64,000 bases of DNA from Azolla caroliniana. Lineage: Eukaryota; Plantae; Polypodiophyta. Made by a program: the position numbers and the translations under genes. The notes under the pieces are model-generated. The model saw only the letters and a program-made list of their open reading frames with translations, did not search any database and was not told the origin of the DNA. Location: contig JBHGNT010000108.1 of NCBI GenBank assembly GCA_043228905.1, positions 1-64,000 on the forward strand. Direction: 5' to 3'. The first letter of the stretch is position 1. Every line of letters starts with the position of its first letter. Positions 24,789 to 38,288 of the stretch are shown piece after piece.

Positions 24789-26484
24789 TCATGGAATGCG
24801 TGGTTTCAACAAGACAGGAAGCCCCTTGAGAGGGAAGGGTGTGGGGTCGATTGATACGAGTTCGTTGGGATCCTCGAGGGTCCACGAGAACCGGGTGACC
24901 AAGCGATGGAGGATCGCCAGAATCTCCATGCGTGCGAACTCGTTGCCCGGACACATCCTCGGGCCGCCACCGAATGGGACGAATGTATATGGGGTCGGGC
25001 CCGCTCCTTCGAAGCGTGACGGATCGAACTTCTCGGGCGCCCGGAAATACTTGGGGTTGCGATGGGTGGAGTACACGGACCAGAATATCTGTGTGCAGAG
25101 AAAAATAACAAACAATGCATGAGTGATGGATTAGTCTAGCTTCTATGCTGGAAGTTTGTCATTGATTCTATGCCATTCTCTCTCTCTCACCTTCCATGAT
25201 TTGGGGATTCTGAAGCCATCGAAGCTCATGTCTTCCTCCTGTGCCACTCTGAATGACCCCTGCACTGCTGGCACCAGCCTCATCGATTCCTGTACTACTC
25301 TCCATGAAAGCTTCATCTTCTGTAAATCTCCCCAATTCAAGAGCTCACCGGGGGCCTTGCTCGCTGCGATCTCCTTGTTCTCTGAACAATCACCACAACA
25401 AGAAAACACATACAAAAATCATTATTAAAGACTCTTCTTATGTGCGCTGTGATCAAGAATTGAGAATGATTGGGGCGGTGAAGGCCAACAAACAAAACCT
25501 ACCTCTGTAAACTTCATCCATAATGTGGGGATTAGATGCAAGATATTTGCAGGTCATTGTGGTTACAGAACTACTGGTATCATGGCCTGCAAAGAGCAAC
25601 GTGAGGATGTTGTCCTTGATGGCCTTATCGGAAAATGGTTCTCCGTGCCTGTCCGTATACGCCAGAAAGCCGGACAGGATGTCTTCATGTCCAGTGACCA
25701 AGCCAGCATCCATATCCCTCCTTCTCTCCTCGATCCATACCTGCAACTGCTTTCGTATCGCATCCGAAGCTGCGTGTGCTTTACTATATGCTGTTCCTGG
25801 GATGTTGATAGGCAGCTGAACGAGGCCTTTCACCATGGTGTTGAAGAGACCATGGAGCATACCTTGATCTTCTCTGTCCCCTCTACCAATGAAAACCTCG
25901 CAAGCTATGGAGAACATGAGCTTCTTCATAAGTGGGAAGAGAGCAACCTTAGGTTTTCCTTCAAGGTGCTCTCTTATGAATGCGAGCGCAATGAGATCGA
26001 CACGGCTCGTGTATCTTTGCAAGGATTCGGGCCGCAAGAACTACATGAGCGCATTCCATATGCGAGTGGCACGATGTCCGACACACCCCATGATGGATTC
26101 ATTGCCAAGAACAGAGACAACAGTAATGGGCCACACGGAGTAGCTGTTGGAGAAGGCTGCCTTGTTACCCGACGGGCTTGCGAGGATTATTGTCGGAGAA
26201 GCGAATAAGCTCGTCTTGAAGGTCTCTCCATAGGCTGAGATGCGGTCATCTATGAATTTCCACGGGATCCCTTTCTTTAGATCTCGGATACATTCTAGTG
26301 TTTCACCGACAAAGGGAAAGCCGAAACGACCCGGAGGCAAGGGAAGTTTCTTCTCTTTCTGGATCTTATTTTTCGTGCTTGAAGGTCTCCATAGCTTCTG
26401 TACAACTGCTATGAGTAGTAGAGACACAGTAATCCCAACAATGAGCTCTACAGGGATGGCGGAAGTGAAGCTCACCATAGCCAT
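24789..26484 (-). pseudogene. CYP716-like gene B with one in-frame stop. Exons 26484-25503, 25381-25191, 25088-24789
   Basis: Splice sites and all P450 motifs are intact. TAG at 26043-26041 replaces the codon that is CAG (Gln) in gene C and CTG in gene A. Confidence 0.88.
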
Positions 26485-27428
26485 GCTTCGCCAATGCTAG
26501 AGGTACTTGGCTTCTTCTTTTTCTCTCCAATAGACACACACCCATAGATATATATATATATACATATATATGAGCGTTGACAAATGAGAATCATATGTAT
26601 ATCCAAAAATTTAAGTCTTCTCATCATCTCCTTCTTCATCACCATAGGTGATCAAACCATACAAACTCGTGCATCTAAAGATGTCCACATCCCCAACATG
26701 CGTTCAACAAGTCTTTATATTGTGACGTACACGTTTAGAACCAAATTCTGATGACTCTTCTCTTCCATTAGCAATTAGGTTTATTTACATTGTTCACTTA
26801 CATGATTGGTTCGACCCTTAACTAGCCCCATTTGTTTCTTCTTGATGTGCATTGGTTCCACTTGGGACCGAGCAATCTTGTCTAGGTCTTAACACGTGAC
26901 ACCTCCCCCCTTTTAGAAAATGAAAACTAGGGTTTTAGGTGTTTCACAATATTAGATAACCCAAATTTAAAATGTGTCTTAACTTTGGATAATTGTTAAG
27001 ACACTTAGAAATTTAATAAGAAAAGGTTAGATTTTTTATTGTTCCCTTTCTAAAATGAAAATCACCGCAGTGCTTATTCCTTTTGTGTTGTGATTGCGTG
27101 GTTCCCCGGATCTCCTACAATCCGTTGACTTTGCTGCTTTACTGCTTGTGTTCGATGGAGGGACCTATGCGATTGATTCAGGAATCTTTTTTATTCGTGA
27201 AATGTGTGCAACAGTCTCGGATGTTGTATCCATTCGTCGTAGCCGATAGGTGTTAACCCCGATGTTGTGCGTCACTTAATATGGACCAAGCCATCAATGC
27301 ATAAAAGACTTGCAGAGTCCTTCGCGGCGGATAGGGTAATAAAAACTAACCTGGTCCCCAATGTCAAACTCACTAGGCTAATGTGTGATGTCGAAATGCT
27401 TCTTCTGACGTTGTTGTGCCTTACTAAG

Positions 27429-29764
27429 TGTTGAGAATCAAGCTCAACCTAGTCTAGTGTGTGAACACACTTTTTAGAATCTATGAGCACTCAAAGGTCA
27501 AAATTCACACCACTACTCTCTACACATTAACTATGTGTCATAGAATCATATTCCCCGCATAACTAATGAGTTCCATATTCCCCATGACCAATGTTGCCTT
27601 TTGACGACCGTTTTTGGCAAATTTAACCGTATATGAAGGTTAATTTAAAAATGAAACTGTCAATCTTGACGGGCATATATTTTATAAAAACGTACAAATG
27701 AAGGTTTAAATTTTGTTAATACTATCAAATTTTGCTAAGACCAAAACAATTGTACATGTATTAGTAGTTACAAATTACAATTCATAGGCTATAGCATATA
27801 GTATAGGCTATCTCTACATACCAAGAATTATGTGATTTGGGTGTGCTACTAGAGGTGCCTAATATGCCTACGCAACATGATTATATATCTTATACTAGTA
27901 GATATGGAGGATATGAATTTTTGGTTACCTTTGGGAAATATCTTCTAGAAATTCAAAGCTCAAACCAAATAAATTCCCCACATACTCTTTGATGCTAGAT
28001 GAAAGTACTGACAATGGATTAGAGTTGCACCTCATTGTGTATATTACATACTTGCAATGTGGTGGTTGTGGGCCTAAGGAAATTGAATATATGGGTTTGT
28101 TGAAAATTCCCAATGGTAAAGGCAGAACTATATATGAACATATATTAAACATATTAAGCATGGGCTAACAATAGTACCAAACACATGAAATTTTAGAGCT
28201 CTTGGAGCAAATGCAATTGGATGCTCATAGACCCTTACAAATTCATAATATTCGTTGGTTGTCATGTGGTTAAGTCATGGAAAGACTAGTGAGTATAATA
28301 CTTGCAATACTTACTATTTGGAAGAAAGAGAACTTAAAAGAGTGGTATAATAAAGCTTGTATCTATAGTGTACAATTTTGCTTTTGTATGATGGCTGATG
28401 TGTTGCATTTGATGAATATTTTGAGCTTGAAACTTCAAAAAGAGAATTTGGATGTAACTTCAATTGGAGCAGAAATTGATATTACTATTTCTAATTTGCG
28501 GAGGTCTTTCTTGAGAAATGACACATTTGCGGATGGAGCAATGTATTTATCCAAATTCTTAAGATGTTCTACAGTTGGGTTTTTGATAATAGAGGATAAA
28601 GATGGCATTACATATAGACATGAACTATACTTCAAACAAATTCCCATGGATAAAGCAAGTCACAATGATAAGAATCTCAATATTGAAAAATCTAAGGGAA
28701 TGGCGCCATTTATAGATGGATCACTTGAAAGTTGTATTAAACTATCTCAAAATTATGTGCAAAAGATTATTCATGGACTAAATAAATGCAAGGTTCCCTG
28801 ATTTAAGCTTAAGCCTCTTCAATGCAACAAAATTATTCAGCCCATGCCATTATGCAGAGGATGATGTGATTAGGGATAGTAAAGCAAAGACATGGTTGGG
28901 AATTTTGATTTCTCACTTACAACCAAATGTTGATGTCAATGCATGCCTTTAAATTTTACATGATGCAAAGGCTTGTGAAATGGAACTCTATATGTTTGTT
29001 GACACTTTACATTTAAATTGTGAAGGCTATACTATGCGTGAAGCTTGGCGTATGTTTTGCAAAATGAAGGATTGGCAAGATAGTTTCGCTCATTTAATGA
29101 AATTATGGCACGCTACTTTGGTTATTCCATCTAGCACACTTTCGTGTGAGAGAGGGTTCTCTAAGCAAACTCTCGTTAAAGAGATGAAAAGAAATCGATT
29201 GAATATATATAGAACATTTAGATGATTTAATGTGAGTCTTATTGAATGGGCAACACATTGAAGAAATACAATGAGATCGTGTATATGAAATTTGGAAAGA
29301 TGCAAAGGATAGAAGGGTATAATATATTGTTTATTATCAATATTCGATGTATTTACTTTTTTAATAGCAATTTTTTTGACAAACCATCATTTGACGGGCA
29401 AAAAATTTGGAATACTGTTCTCATGACATGCAATGTTAGCCGTCAAAAGGCAAAACTACCCATGACTAATGAGTCTCCACATTCCCCAAGAGAGAGTGGT
29501 TGTTGTAGTGAGTTAATGAAGAGAGAGGGTAACCTTATATAAAGCACCCTCCTCCAACTTCATAGAGTGCCGGTTGTGACTCCTTGTAATGCCACATTTT
29601 TGTATCTCATATTCTCCTTTTGAATATACACCTTCTTCCTGAGTACTTCATTTTTCTCTCTTATCTATCTATCTTGTGTTTTCTCTTCTCTCCTCTCTTT
29701 TTCTCACACATACACATAACACACATCTTTTCCGTTGCACAAGAATTATATCTGATTCTTTACA
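27429..29764 (+). mobile_element. Copia-type solo LTR (about 458 bp net) hosting a hAT element
   Basis: Start TGTTGAGAATCAAGCTCAAC resembles the 9950 LTR; ends TTTACA; 5-bp TSD CTAAG. Confidence 0.82.
27589..29458 (+). mobile_element. hAT DNA transposon with degenerate transposase
   Basis: TIR core TTGCCTTTTGACG/CGTCAAAAGGCAA; 8-bp TSD CCCATGAC; LMLDESTD, RWLS and dimerisation motif IPSSTLSCERGFSKQTLVKEMKRNRL, broken by stops and frameshifts. Confidence 0.92.
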
Positions 29765-30796
29765 CTAAGGTTGTATTGAATTGCCCGTTAGAGGAGAGGA
29801 ATGTTGGATTGTAAGTATAACTACCATGATATTGCATTAGTGTGATTAATGTGTATTTTGATGGACTATGGGTCTGGCAGAAGTTGCGGATCCCTATAAT
29901 ATAATGTTCGAAATAGACTCACCCTGGTTTATTCCTGAACCAAGGTGTTGTAAGCATGTACCGTGAATGAGAGTACCTGATCCCATGATTGGTGAAGCAG
30001 ATCGATGTAAGCTGGTATCACTTGTTTCATAGTTTTGTTCATCCTTTCTGTGAGCCCATTAGTTTGGGGATGGTACGATGAGGTGAATAATTGTTTGATC
30101 CCTAAACTTCGTGCAATTATTTTGATAACTTCACTTTGAAATTAAGATCCCTAATTCGAAAGGAGTTGTTGTGGACACCCGTGGGAGAAAATGACGTGTT
30201 GCAATAGTGCACTTGCTACTGTACTTGTCGTTGAATCAAGTAAAGTGATAGCCTCAGACCAATGCATCAAGTACGCCGTGATCACTAATATGTATTTGTT
30301 GCCATGGATTGAAACTGGGAATAGACCCATGAGGTTCCAATAGAACATCTCAAAGGGTTCCTTCGTGTCAATAATTTGCCCAGGGATTGCGGGATTTTCA
30401 CAGCCTGGCACGTGGGGCATGATTGGAGGAACGCCGATATTGATTGTCACAACTTTGGCCAATAGTACATGGAACATATCCAATGGAGAAGTTTATGGAA
30501 ACTGAAATGGCCAGATAGTTTATGACTATGATAGAAATCGAGGTATGTCGTTCGCAATGTTGCAGGGACATACAACCATGGTGGAAGTCCTTGACTTACA
30601 TAATATCTGAGAACATTGTCAATCATGATCAAATATATATATGTCGATGAACAGTGACCAATGAGAAGCATATGTATATCCAAAAATGTAAGCCACCTCT
30701 TCTTCTCCTTCTTCTTCACCGTAGTCGATCAAACTATGTACACACGCATCCAAAGATGTCCACATCCCCGCACGTGTTCAACAAGTCTTTATTATC

Positions 30797-30940
<144 letters not shown>

Positions 30941-31021
30941 TGTGGTGTTGATGAACGTTGACCAATATGTGTGAGAACCATGATGTATGGTTCTTCTTCT
31001 TTTTCACCATAACCAAACTAT

Positions 31022-31067
<46 letters not shown>

Positions 31068-31374
31068 ATCCAAAGATGTCACCCAATTAGTGGGCTCTTA
31101 GCATTGATATGAGAGACATTCATAGAGAAACAATTTGTATTCTTTTGTGATATACGTTATTAATTTATATGTATTATGAAGAAGAATGGTGGATATGAGG
31201 CTTGTGGCCATTTTTCCAATGTCTCATTTAGTGTGAAGAAATTTTAATGCATTGTTTCTCTTGTAAAACAAAAGAAAAAAAGAATATTTATGGTAAGGTT
31301 TTAATTCGGCCAAGCTTCCATTGAAGGGATTTGTTATTCTGGTTCTAATATTTGTGTGAGGTTAATTTACTAAA

Positions 31375-31855
31375 ATGTTGAAGCAAAAGGGCGTTGAATG
31401 GGATCATGTAACCGTTGTGAGAAAACCTAATATGGGTATGCATGCCATTCAATGTAGAATTTTCCACCATGTATTTGTTGGTGGCCTCTTCTGAATTAAG
31501 TTTGGAGTGCATGCTCGGAATGTTTCCCACCACTTAATTGCATTATGCATTCTAGTTGGATCATTTGCAATGGTGACTACAACATTCTAGTTGGATCGTC
31601 TTTGTGCTTTCTCAAGGTTCATGTGCATCTTCTTATGAAAGAAATTGGAGCACATTCTCATTGATACATACAAAAAGAAGAAATAGATTGACTCATGCTC
31701 ATGTTGAGAAATTGGTTTATACACATAGAAATCATTGTCTCATTAGAAGAATAAGCGAAAGGGGATTATGCCACATTAACGTAACATTAGATATGATCAA
31801 CAAAGAAGATGCTGATGAGAGGCTTTTGAGAATGCAAAACCAAGCTATTGATTAA
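31375..31855 (+). mobile_element. Internally deleted hAT transposase relic (BED-finger-like start plus dimerisation domain)
   Basis: EWDHVTVV..IQCRIFHHVFVGG (BED-like) followed by SQGSCASSYERNWSTFSLIHTKRRNRL. Confidence 0.75.
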
Positions 31856-32183
31856 AATGATGAAGTTCATGAGGATATTATTGATGAGCTTAAAGATATG
31901 GAGAATGGATATGATTGTGCATAGACTCTTAAATTTAGAAGTGTTACTTAGAAGCTGGAAATTAGAAATTAGAATATAATGGTTCACAAACGCTTTTCTT
32001 AGTGAATTAATTAATTTTTATTATGTAAATTTATTTTCTTAATAGAATTGTTTTATAATATTCTTGGGGCCATTTCCTATTCTCAAATATTGCAAATATC
32101 ACGCTTGGCGAATATCACACATGTGCCAATCTATGTTTGCACCAATAAAGTTAAAAACATTATATTTACGAATTAGATGACTA

Positions 32184-34362
32184 TTTTTTTATTTTTTTTT
32201 CCCAAAAAAAATACTTCTTCCATTAGTTATAAACTTATACAAATGAGATGATTATGTACAAATCCTTGTAGGGACGCGATAGTTCCATCTTATGTGGATG
32301 CCCACTAACTCAAGAAAGGGAAAGGACAACCATTGCTGGATGAAGGCTATTCATGGTCTTTCAACTCCATCGAAACTACCCTCGAGGCCATCATATTGGC
32401 TCTTTAGAGTGGCCACAATTTCACTCCATATCTCTTGCAATAACATTGTTGGATGTGCGGTTTGGTTGGAGAAGACCCGTCTACACTGTTGTTTCCTTAG
32501 AATCCAAAGAGTTATTGGGTTGACCAATTCCAACACAACTTGAGATTTGTCATTAAGAGGAGTTCAGTGGACATTACCGATGGTGGAGAAAAAAACCTCT
32601 TGTGCTTTTATCACCAAAGTCATCCCCTCCTCTTGATGCTCGTATCTGCCAACTGGGGTCTGCCATGATAGCCAACATATATTTCCCCACTTGATTGAGC
32701 CTTGCACTTGGCATAATTGCAACAAGCGGCCAACCCCCCGCCATATTCGATGGGACGTTGGGCAATCCCACATAGTGTGTCGTATTGATTCTACTCCATT
32801 TGGACACTCTACACAATTAGGAGAGCTAAGGTTCCCATGTTGCCATGCTCCCACCGGTAGTGACTTATGTATTAATAGCCATTGGAACGTGGTAATTCGC
32901 CTCGCGTGTTGTTGTTTCCAGATTTTCTGCCAAAACATGGTGATAATTGTGTGAGGAACTTGATATGTGTGCCAGACCTTTGCAGCAGTCGGCTCTCGGG
33001 CAGTTTGAGCAGCTAGGATGTGGCGGCCCAATCTAGTTGTGAATTGGAAGAACGGGATGGGTTGGCTTCCTTGCTCCGCGTAAGGATCACACCATGTTCA
33101 TTGCAAAGGTTCCCAACTGACCCTACGTAGCCATGTGTTTTCATGAGTACATATGTGCCAATCGGGTTGTACTTTGATCGGATCAGGATCTACAATCCAT
33201 TTATGACCAGTATACGTGAGTACTCGAATTGCGTTATTCTGTGTTGGTGGCTTAGTGTCTCGCAATTTAGAGCCTTCGATCCTGTCTGGTGATCCCCTAC
33301 CTCTCGGGATCAAAGATCCCTCCTCCTCGTAGCCTATCCATTTCTCCATTGTCGTCCTATGAGTAGCGGCTTCCCTAATCAATAGAGCATTATTGATTAC
33401 CGATCTCATAGCCCATCCGCCCTTGATGCCCTGGAGTATGTTGGCTTGATCTTGTAGTGGCAGTGACATAAAATGTCTCCAACATTCTATACTTTTTCCC
33501 GGACCTTCTACAATGTATCCCCATGACAACCCCTCACTTGATCCAAGTAGTTGATTAGATTCATCCTTGATACATGGGTTCCATAGGATACGTTGACTAA
33601 GCCAGGCAGATTCAGAACTTGGTTTATCGCACTTGAGCCCTTGTCTAATGTCACACCATGCCTTCCACATGGATGCATTGAATCTATCCTCCAATTGGCG
33701 GGAGAAACTAGGTTTGAGATCCATGTTTAGAATCCATCCCGTTTGGGGGGCCCAACTAACCCCTTTTTGTGGCCTAAAGTAAGTGAAACGTAACCGTACT
33801 AGCATTTTATAACAGTCATTTCCTTATTGGAGTCCTTGCACCACAAATTTGGCAAGTAAGGCTTTTGATTGTGACAGGGGATCAATTAGACCCAATCCCC
33901 ATCTCGACTTAGGTGCTGTGAGTATAGGCCATGCCACCTTGGTGCGAGTTACATGATCTTCCTTAACAGACCAAATTAGTTGCATACCAGTCGTTGAATT
34001 TGATGTATACTGTCCTTGGAGATTGTCCAACATGATAGACTATACCATGTTGTTGCGAGTAGTACCTAGTTTGCCACTATGATGTGACCCACTAACGACA
34101 GTTTTTTCAAACTCCAATGTATCAACTTTTGTCGAATGGAATGGATAATGGGTGCAATCATAGTCTTCGGCGGTATGTTGAAACCAATTTGGAAACCCAA
34201 ATATTTGGTGCTCGCTCCTAGATTGATCCATTTGAAAGCAGGATGTGGGTGCCATGCAGGATGTGCTTCATGAGAAAGCCATATTGCACAGGATTTGTGC
34301 CAATTGATCATGGCATTGGATCTCTTGCAAAATATGGCTAACCCACTTTCGAGCTTTTGCAT
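32184..34362 (-). mobile_element. 5'-truncated L1-type LINE with poly(A) tail
   Basis: RT C-terminus INWHKS, KYLGFQIG and WGLGL; zf-RVT CVECPNGVESIRHTMWDCP; T-run at 32184-32200. The flanks rejoin to match the empty site at about 23410-23560. Confidence 0.88.
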
Positions 34363-36662
34363 AATAAAAAACTACTAAGAGAAACCCTCTACCTACTAAA
34401 CTAAATATTGAACGCATAATCTAAGCCTCTAACACCACAATTTGAGTCCACAACCCATCCTCTCTAGTTCTAGTACCTGGTGGTTCCGCTTATGTTTCAC
34501 ACGCATGCGCGTAACTTTGCGACAACATTTCTTTCTCAATGACAATGTCATTCTCAATTACAACACTTATCACTGAAACTCTTAAACATCAAGATTCACA
34601 CCTCAATTTCACACATGCGACGTATAAAAATGATTCATCTTTAGTTCCCATTGGCTATATTTCACCGTTCGAAGATTATATCAAAAACATTTGTGTGAAA
34701 GACAATTATATTACTAAATGTTTGTGAAAAACACTAGATCGGTGCAATAATTGAGTGGTGAGATTGAATCACTAATAGGCAAGATAAATACTTTGTCATG
34801 AAAATAATATTTGACTTCATCAAATTAACAAAATTGTCAAATCTATACTCCCTACATCTTTCGTAGGTATGTTATAAGTCACTAATATCCGAGTTATGAT
34901 GCAATCACTAATATCTTAAAAAGAGGAAAGGACCTCCATGTATGATCTCGAGTCAAACTATGTAAATTGTGCAAACACCCACAATCTTGGAATAGAATAA
35001 TAACCAAGAGCTCTTGGGGTAATTCTCCTTCATATAACTAGCACAATCATTTTTGGTTCATATGGTTAAGAACCGGCGTCAAACATTTTTTACAATCTAG
35101 TGTTGATTTTATCATTGAGCCGGAAGAGACAACTATATGGTAGATCCATGGAAATTTGCTTCCCACATCGTTTAAGTCTAAAAATATTTTTTCATCATTC
35201 CATAACCCCCCTTATTTTGCAAGTAAACTAAAATTGAATAAAACCAATGGACTATTGTTTGGAGAAATAAATGTATAGATAACATGCTCCTAGTTGTGAA
35301 TGCAGAAGCTACTCTTGTTGTTGCACTGTTCAAACGACAATGTGGTTGCAAATCAAATCATGTAAAGCAAGGCTCCAAGAGGATTGGAAGCCCCTTGACA
35401 ATGAAGAGCATAGGACATTAATATGAGTTCATTGCAGGTCATGGTGGCTACAGAACTGCTAGTATCATATGGCCTGCAAAGAGCAACGCTACGATGTTGT
35501 CATTCACCTGCTTATCGGAGAAAGGTTGTCCATGTTGCTCGTCCGTGTATGCCAGAAAGCTAGAGAGGATGTCTTCATGTCTAGTGACCAAGGCAACACC
35601 CATATTCCTCCTTCTCTCCTTGATCCATACTTGCAATTGCTTTCTTATCACATCCGAAGCTACGAGGGCTTTGCTATATATATTGTTCCTAGGATGTTGA
35701 TTGGCAGTTGAAAGAGGCAATGTACCACATCTTGATCTTCTCTGTCCCCTATACCAATGAAAACCTCCCAAGCTATGGAGAACATGAGCTTCTTCATGAA
35801 GGGGAAGAGAGCAACCTTAGATTGGCCTTCAAGCTGATCTCTTATGAATGCGAGCGCAATGAGATCGACACGACTCATGTATCTTAGCAAGGATTCAGGC
35901 CGCAAGAACAGCATAAGTGCATTCCGTATGGTATGCGAGTGGCACCATGTTCTACACACGCCATGGGGGATTCATTGCTGAGAACAGACGCAACACTAAT
36001 GGACCATGATGTATAGTTGTTAGAGAAGGTTGCCTTGTTACCCAACGGGCTAGCAAGGACTATTATCGAAGAAGCCTTTAAGCTCGTCTTGAAGGTCTCT
36101 CCATAAGCTGAGATGCAGTCATCGAAGAATTTCCACAAATTCCCTTTGCTTAGAGCTCCTAGACACTCTTGGGTTTCACCGACAAAGGGAAGGCCGAAAC
36201 GGCCCGGGGGTAATGTTATGATTTCAACTCAAACGGATTCAGTTACAAAAACTTAGACACAAACAAAAAGAAAAGAAGTAACACATAATTTACGTGGAAA
36301 ACCTTGGTTTCAGGGGAAAACCACGGGAACAGAAATTTCCACTATGAGATAAGACGAAATACAATCATATAGTGATAGAACCTGATTTGGTATGGTTGTA
36401 CTCTAAAACCACAATTTAAGCCAAGTGCACCAAACCCTCACTCGTAGGTATCTATCTCTTTCGAAGCCTACACGGCTTCTTGGTATGTCTTTTCTTTTCT
36501 TTCTGTTACACTCTTCTTCCTTTGTTTCACACACACACACACAAGATCCTTTTTCAAAACAGAGACCTTCCTTAATTACAAATTCATTCATTCATTCATT
36601 CATTCATTCATTCTCTCTTCTCTTCTCTCTCTCTCTCTCTCTCTAGCACAACTTCTTCTTAC

Positions 36663-36712
<50 letters not shown>

Positions 36713-36732
36713 CAACGGTCGTGCCTCTCTCT

Positions 36733-37392
36733 ACAAAGGTCGTGCGCCACGCTGCCGTCGCTGCCGTCTACGACGTCTGTCGTCGCCTGCTACCGAGCTG
36801 CACTCCCCCCCCCATCGTGCTACTGTCGTCTGTTGCCGCACTGCCGTCTGCTAACGTCCGTCGCCGTCTGCTGCCGTCGGCATGCTGGATGACCTGCTGC
36901 AGTTCGTCATCATCCGTTGTAGTCACCATTGCTGTTGTCATGCTCTTCTCCTCCTTGTTTCTTGAGGTTGCCGAGTGTCGCGTTTCTTCTCTTGGCGGCG
37001 CATCCTTGTTCTTTTAGCGTGCTCGTCGTGTGCAAAATGCCGATGTGACTACGACATAACACAAAGGTCGTGCGCCACGCTGTCGTCGCTGCCGTCTACG
37101 ACGTCTGTCGTCGCCTGCTACCGAGCTGCACTCCCCCCCCCATCGTGCTACTGTCGTCTGTTGCCGCACTGCCGTCTGCTAACGTCCGTCGCCGTCTGCT
37201 GACGTTGGCATGCTGGACGACCTGCTGCAGTTCGTCATCATCCGTTGTAGTCACCATTGCTGTTGTCATGCTCTTCTCCTCCTTGTTTCTTGAGGTTGCC
37301 GAGTGTCGCGTTTCTTCTCCTGGCGGCGCATCCTTGTTCTTTTAGCGTGCTTGTCGTGTGCAAAATGCCGATGTGACTACGACATAACACAA
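36733..37392 (+). repeat. 2 x 328-bp GC-rich tandem monomers in the LINE 5' region
   Basis: ACAAAGGTCGTGCGCCACGC...CGACATAAC at 36733 and 37061, nearly identical. Confidence 0.93.
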
Positions 37393-37455
37393 ACTCAGCT
37401 AAGTCTCGAACCCATTTATTTTATCCTTTTTTTTTCTTTTCTTATTGACACTACA

Positions 37456-38282
37456 ATGTCTAAACGAAAGGAACACAAGGATACACAAGATGAGGCTATA
37501 AGTAAGGAGGACTTTTTGGATATGTTTAACCGTTTAACAAAAATAGAGACAGATATGAAAAAATGGGTGAAAGACGCCGAAACCCACAAGAAAAAAGATA
37601 GAGAGGAAAAAGACACCCTCAAGGCTGAAATAGAAAAACTTAAAGAGGAAAACACAAACCTCAAACAACAACTTAATGACATCAAGGTATCCCGAGAGGA
37701 CGGTGAAATATCCTCCATAGAGGATATAAAAGATGAGATCAAAAAAGTTAAAGAGGAGGTTAAAAATAACATAGAGTTAGCAAAAACGGGTTGGGTAGAT
37801 GTGGTTAAAAGAAACATTAAAAAAGAAATAAAGGATGAAAATATTGTTAATACCACCCTCGAAGAGGAGAAAATGCGTCAGGCCCGACGCCTAAATGTGC
37901 GTGTCACTGGGCTCAAGGAAGGTGCATCCCCGGACGAGGATGCACAAACACTCGGGAAAATGTTAGGGTACACAACGACCCTACCTATCACCAAAGCTTG
38001 GAGGGCCGGACGCGACACAACTAGGAAGAGAGCCTTAGTTCTTCAATTTAAAGACCAATTCTTTAGAAGAGACCAATTCTTTAAAGAATCACTTTCCTTA
38101 AGAAGAGACCAATTCTTCGAGGATTGCATGGGGACCCTATCTATCTCGATGAAGACCTCACCACGATGCAAATTGAGCATGGCAAGAGTTGTATGCCAAA
38201 GGTTATGCAAGCTCGCAAAGACGGGCATCGCGCCTTTTATCAAGATGGGCGAGTGATCATAAATGATCGCACTACTAATTAA
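37456..38282 (+). CDS. LINE ORF1 (coiled coil plus RRM-like), frameshifted near 38110
   Basis: Starts MSKRKEH, continues through a charged heptad region to RLNVRVTGLKEG. The C-terminal IYLDEDLT..DGRVIIN is in another frame, after a local duplication (AGAAGAGACCAATTCTT). Confidence 0.7.
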
Positions 38283-38288
38283 CGGCGT

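Larger units (their letters stand above)
26721..30630 (-). mobile_element. Ty3/gypsy remnant upstream of gene B (paralogue of 7467-9150), interrupted by a solo LTR and a hAT element
   Basis: 3' LTR at about 26721-26902 next to a PPT; integrase YHSHKLSGH, GNKYILVITAYLMHWSEA and HGCPQQLLS. Confidence 0.78.

Noticed and set aside
35358-36213. Processed (retro) pseudogene
   Set aside because: The intron loss is part of a larger deletion that also removes exon 2 and most of exon 3; flanking genomic DNA is retained and there is no poly(A).
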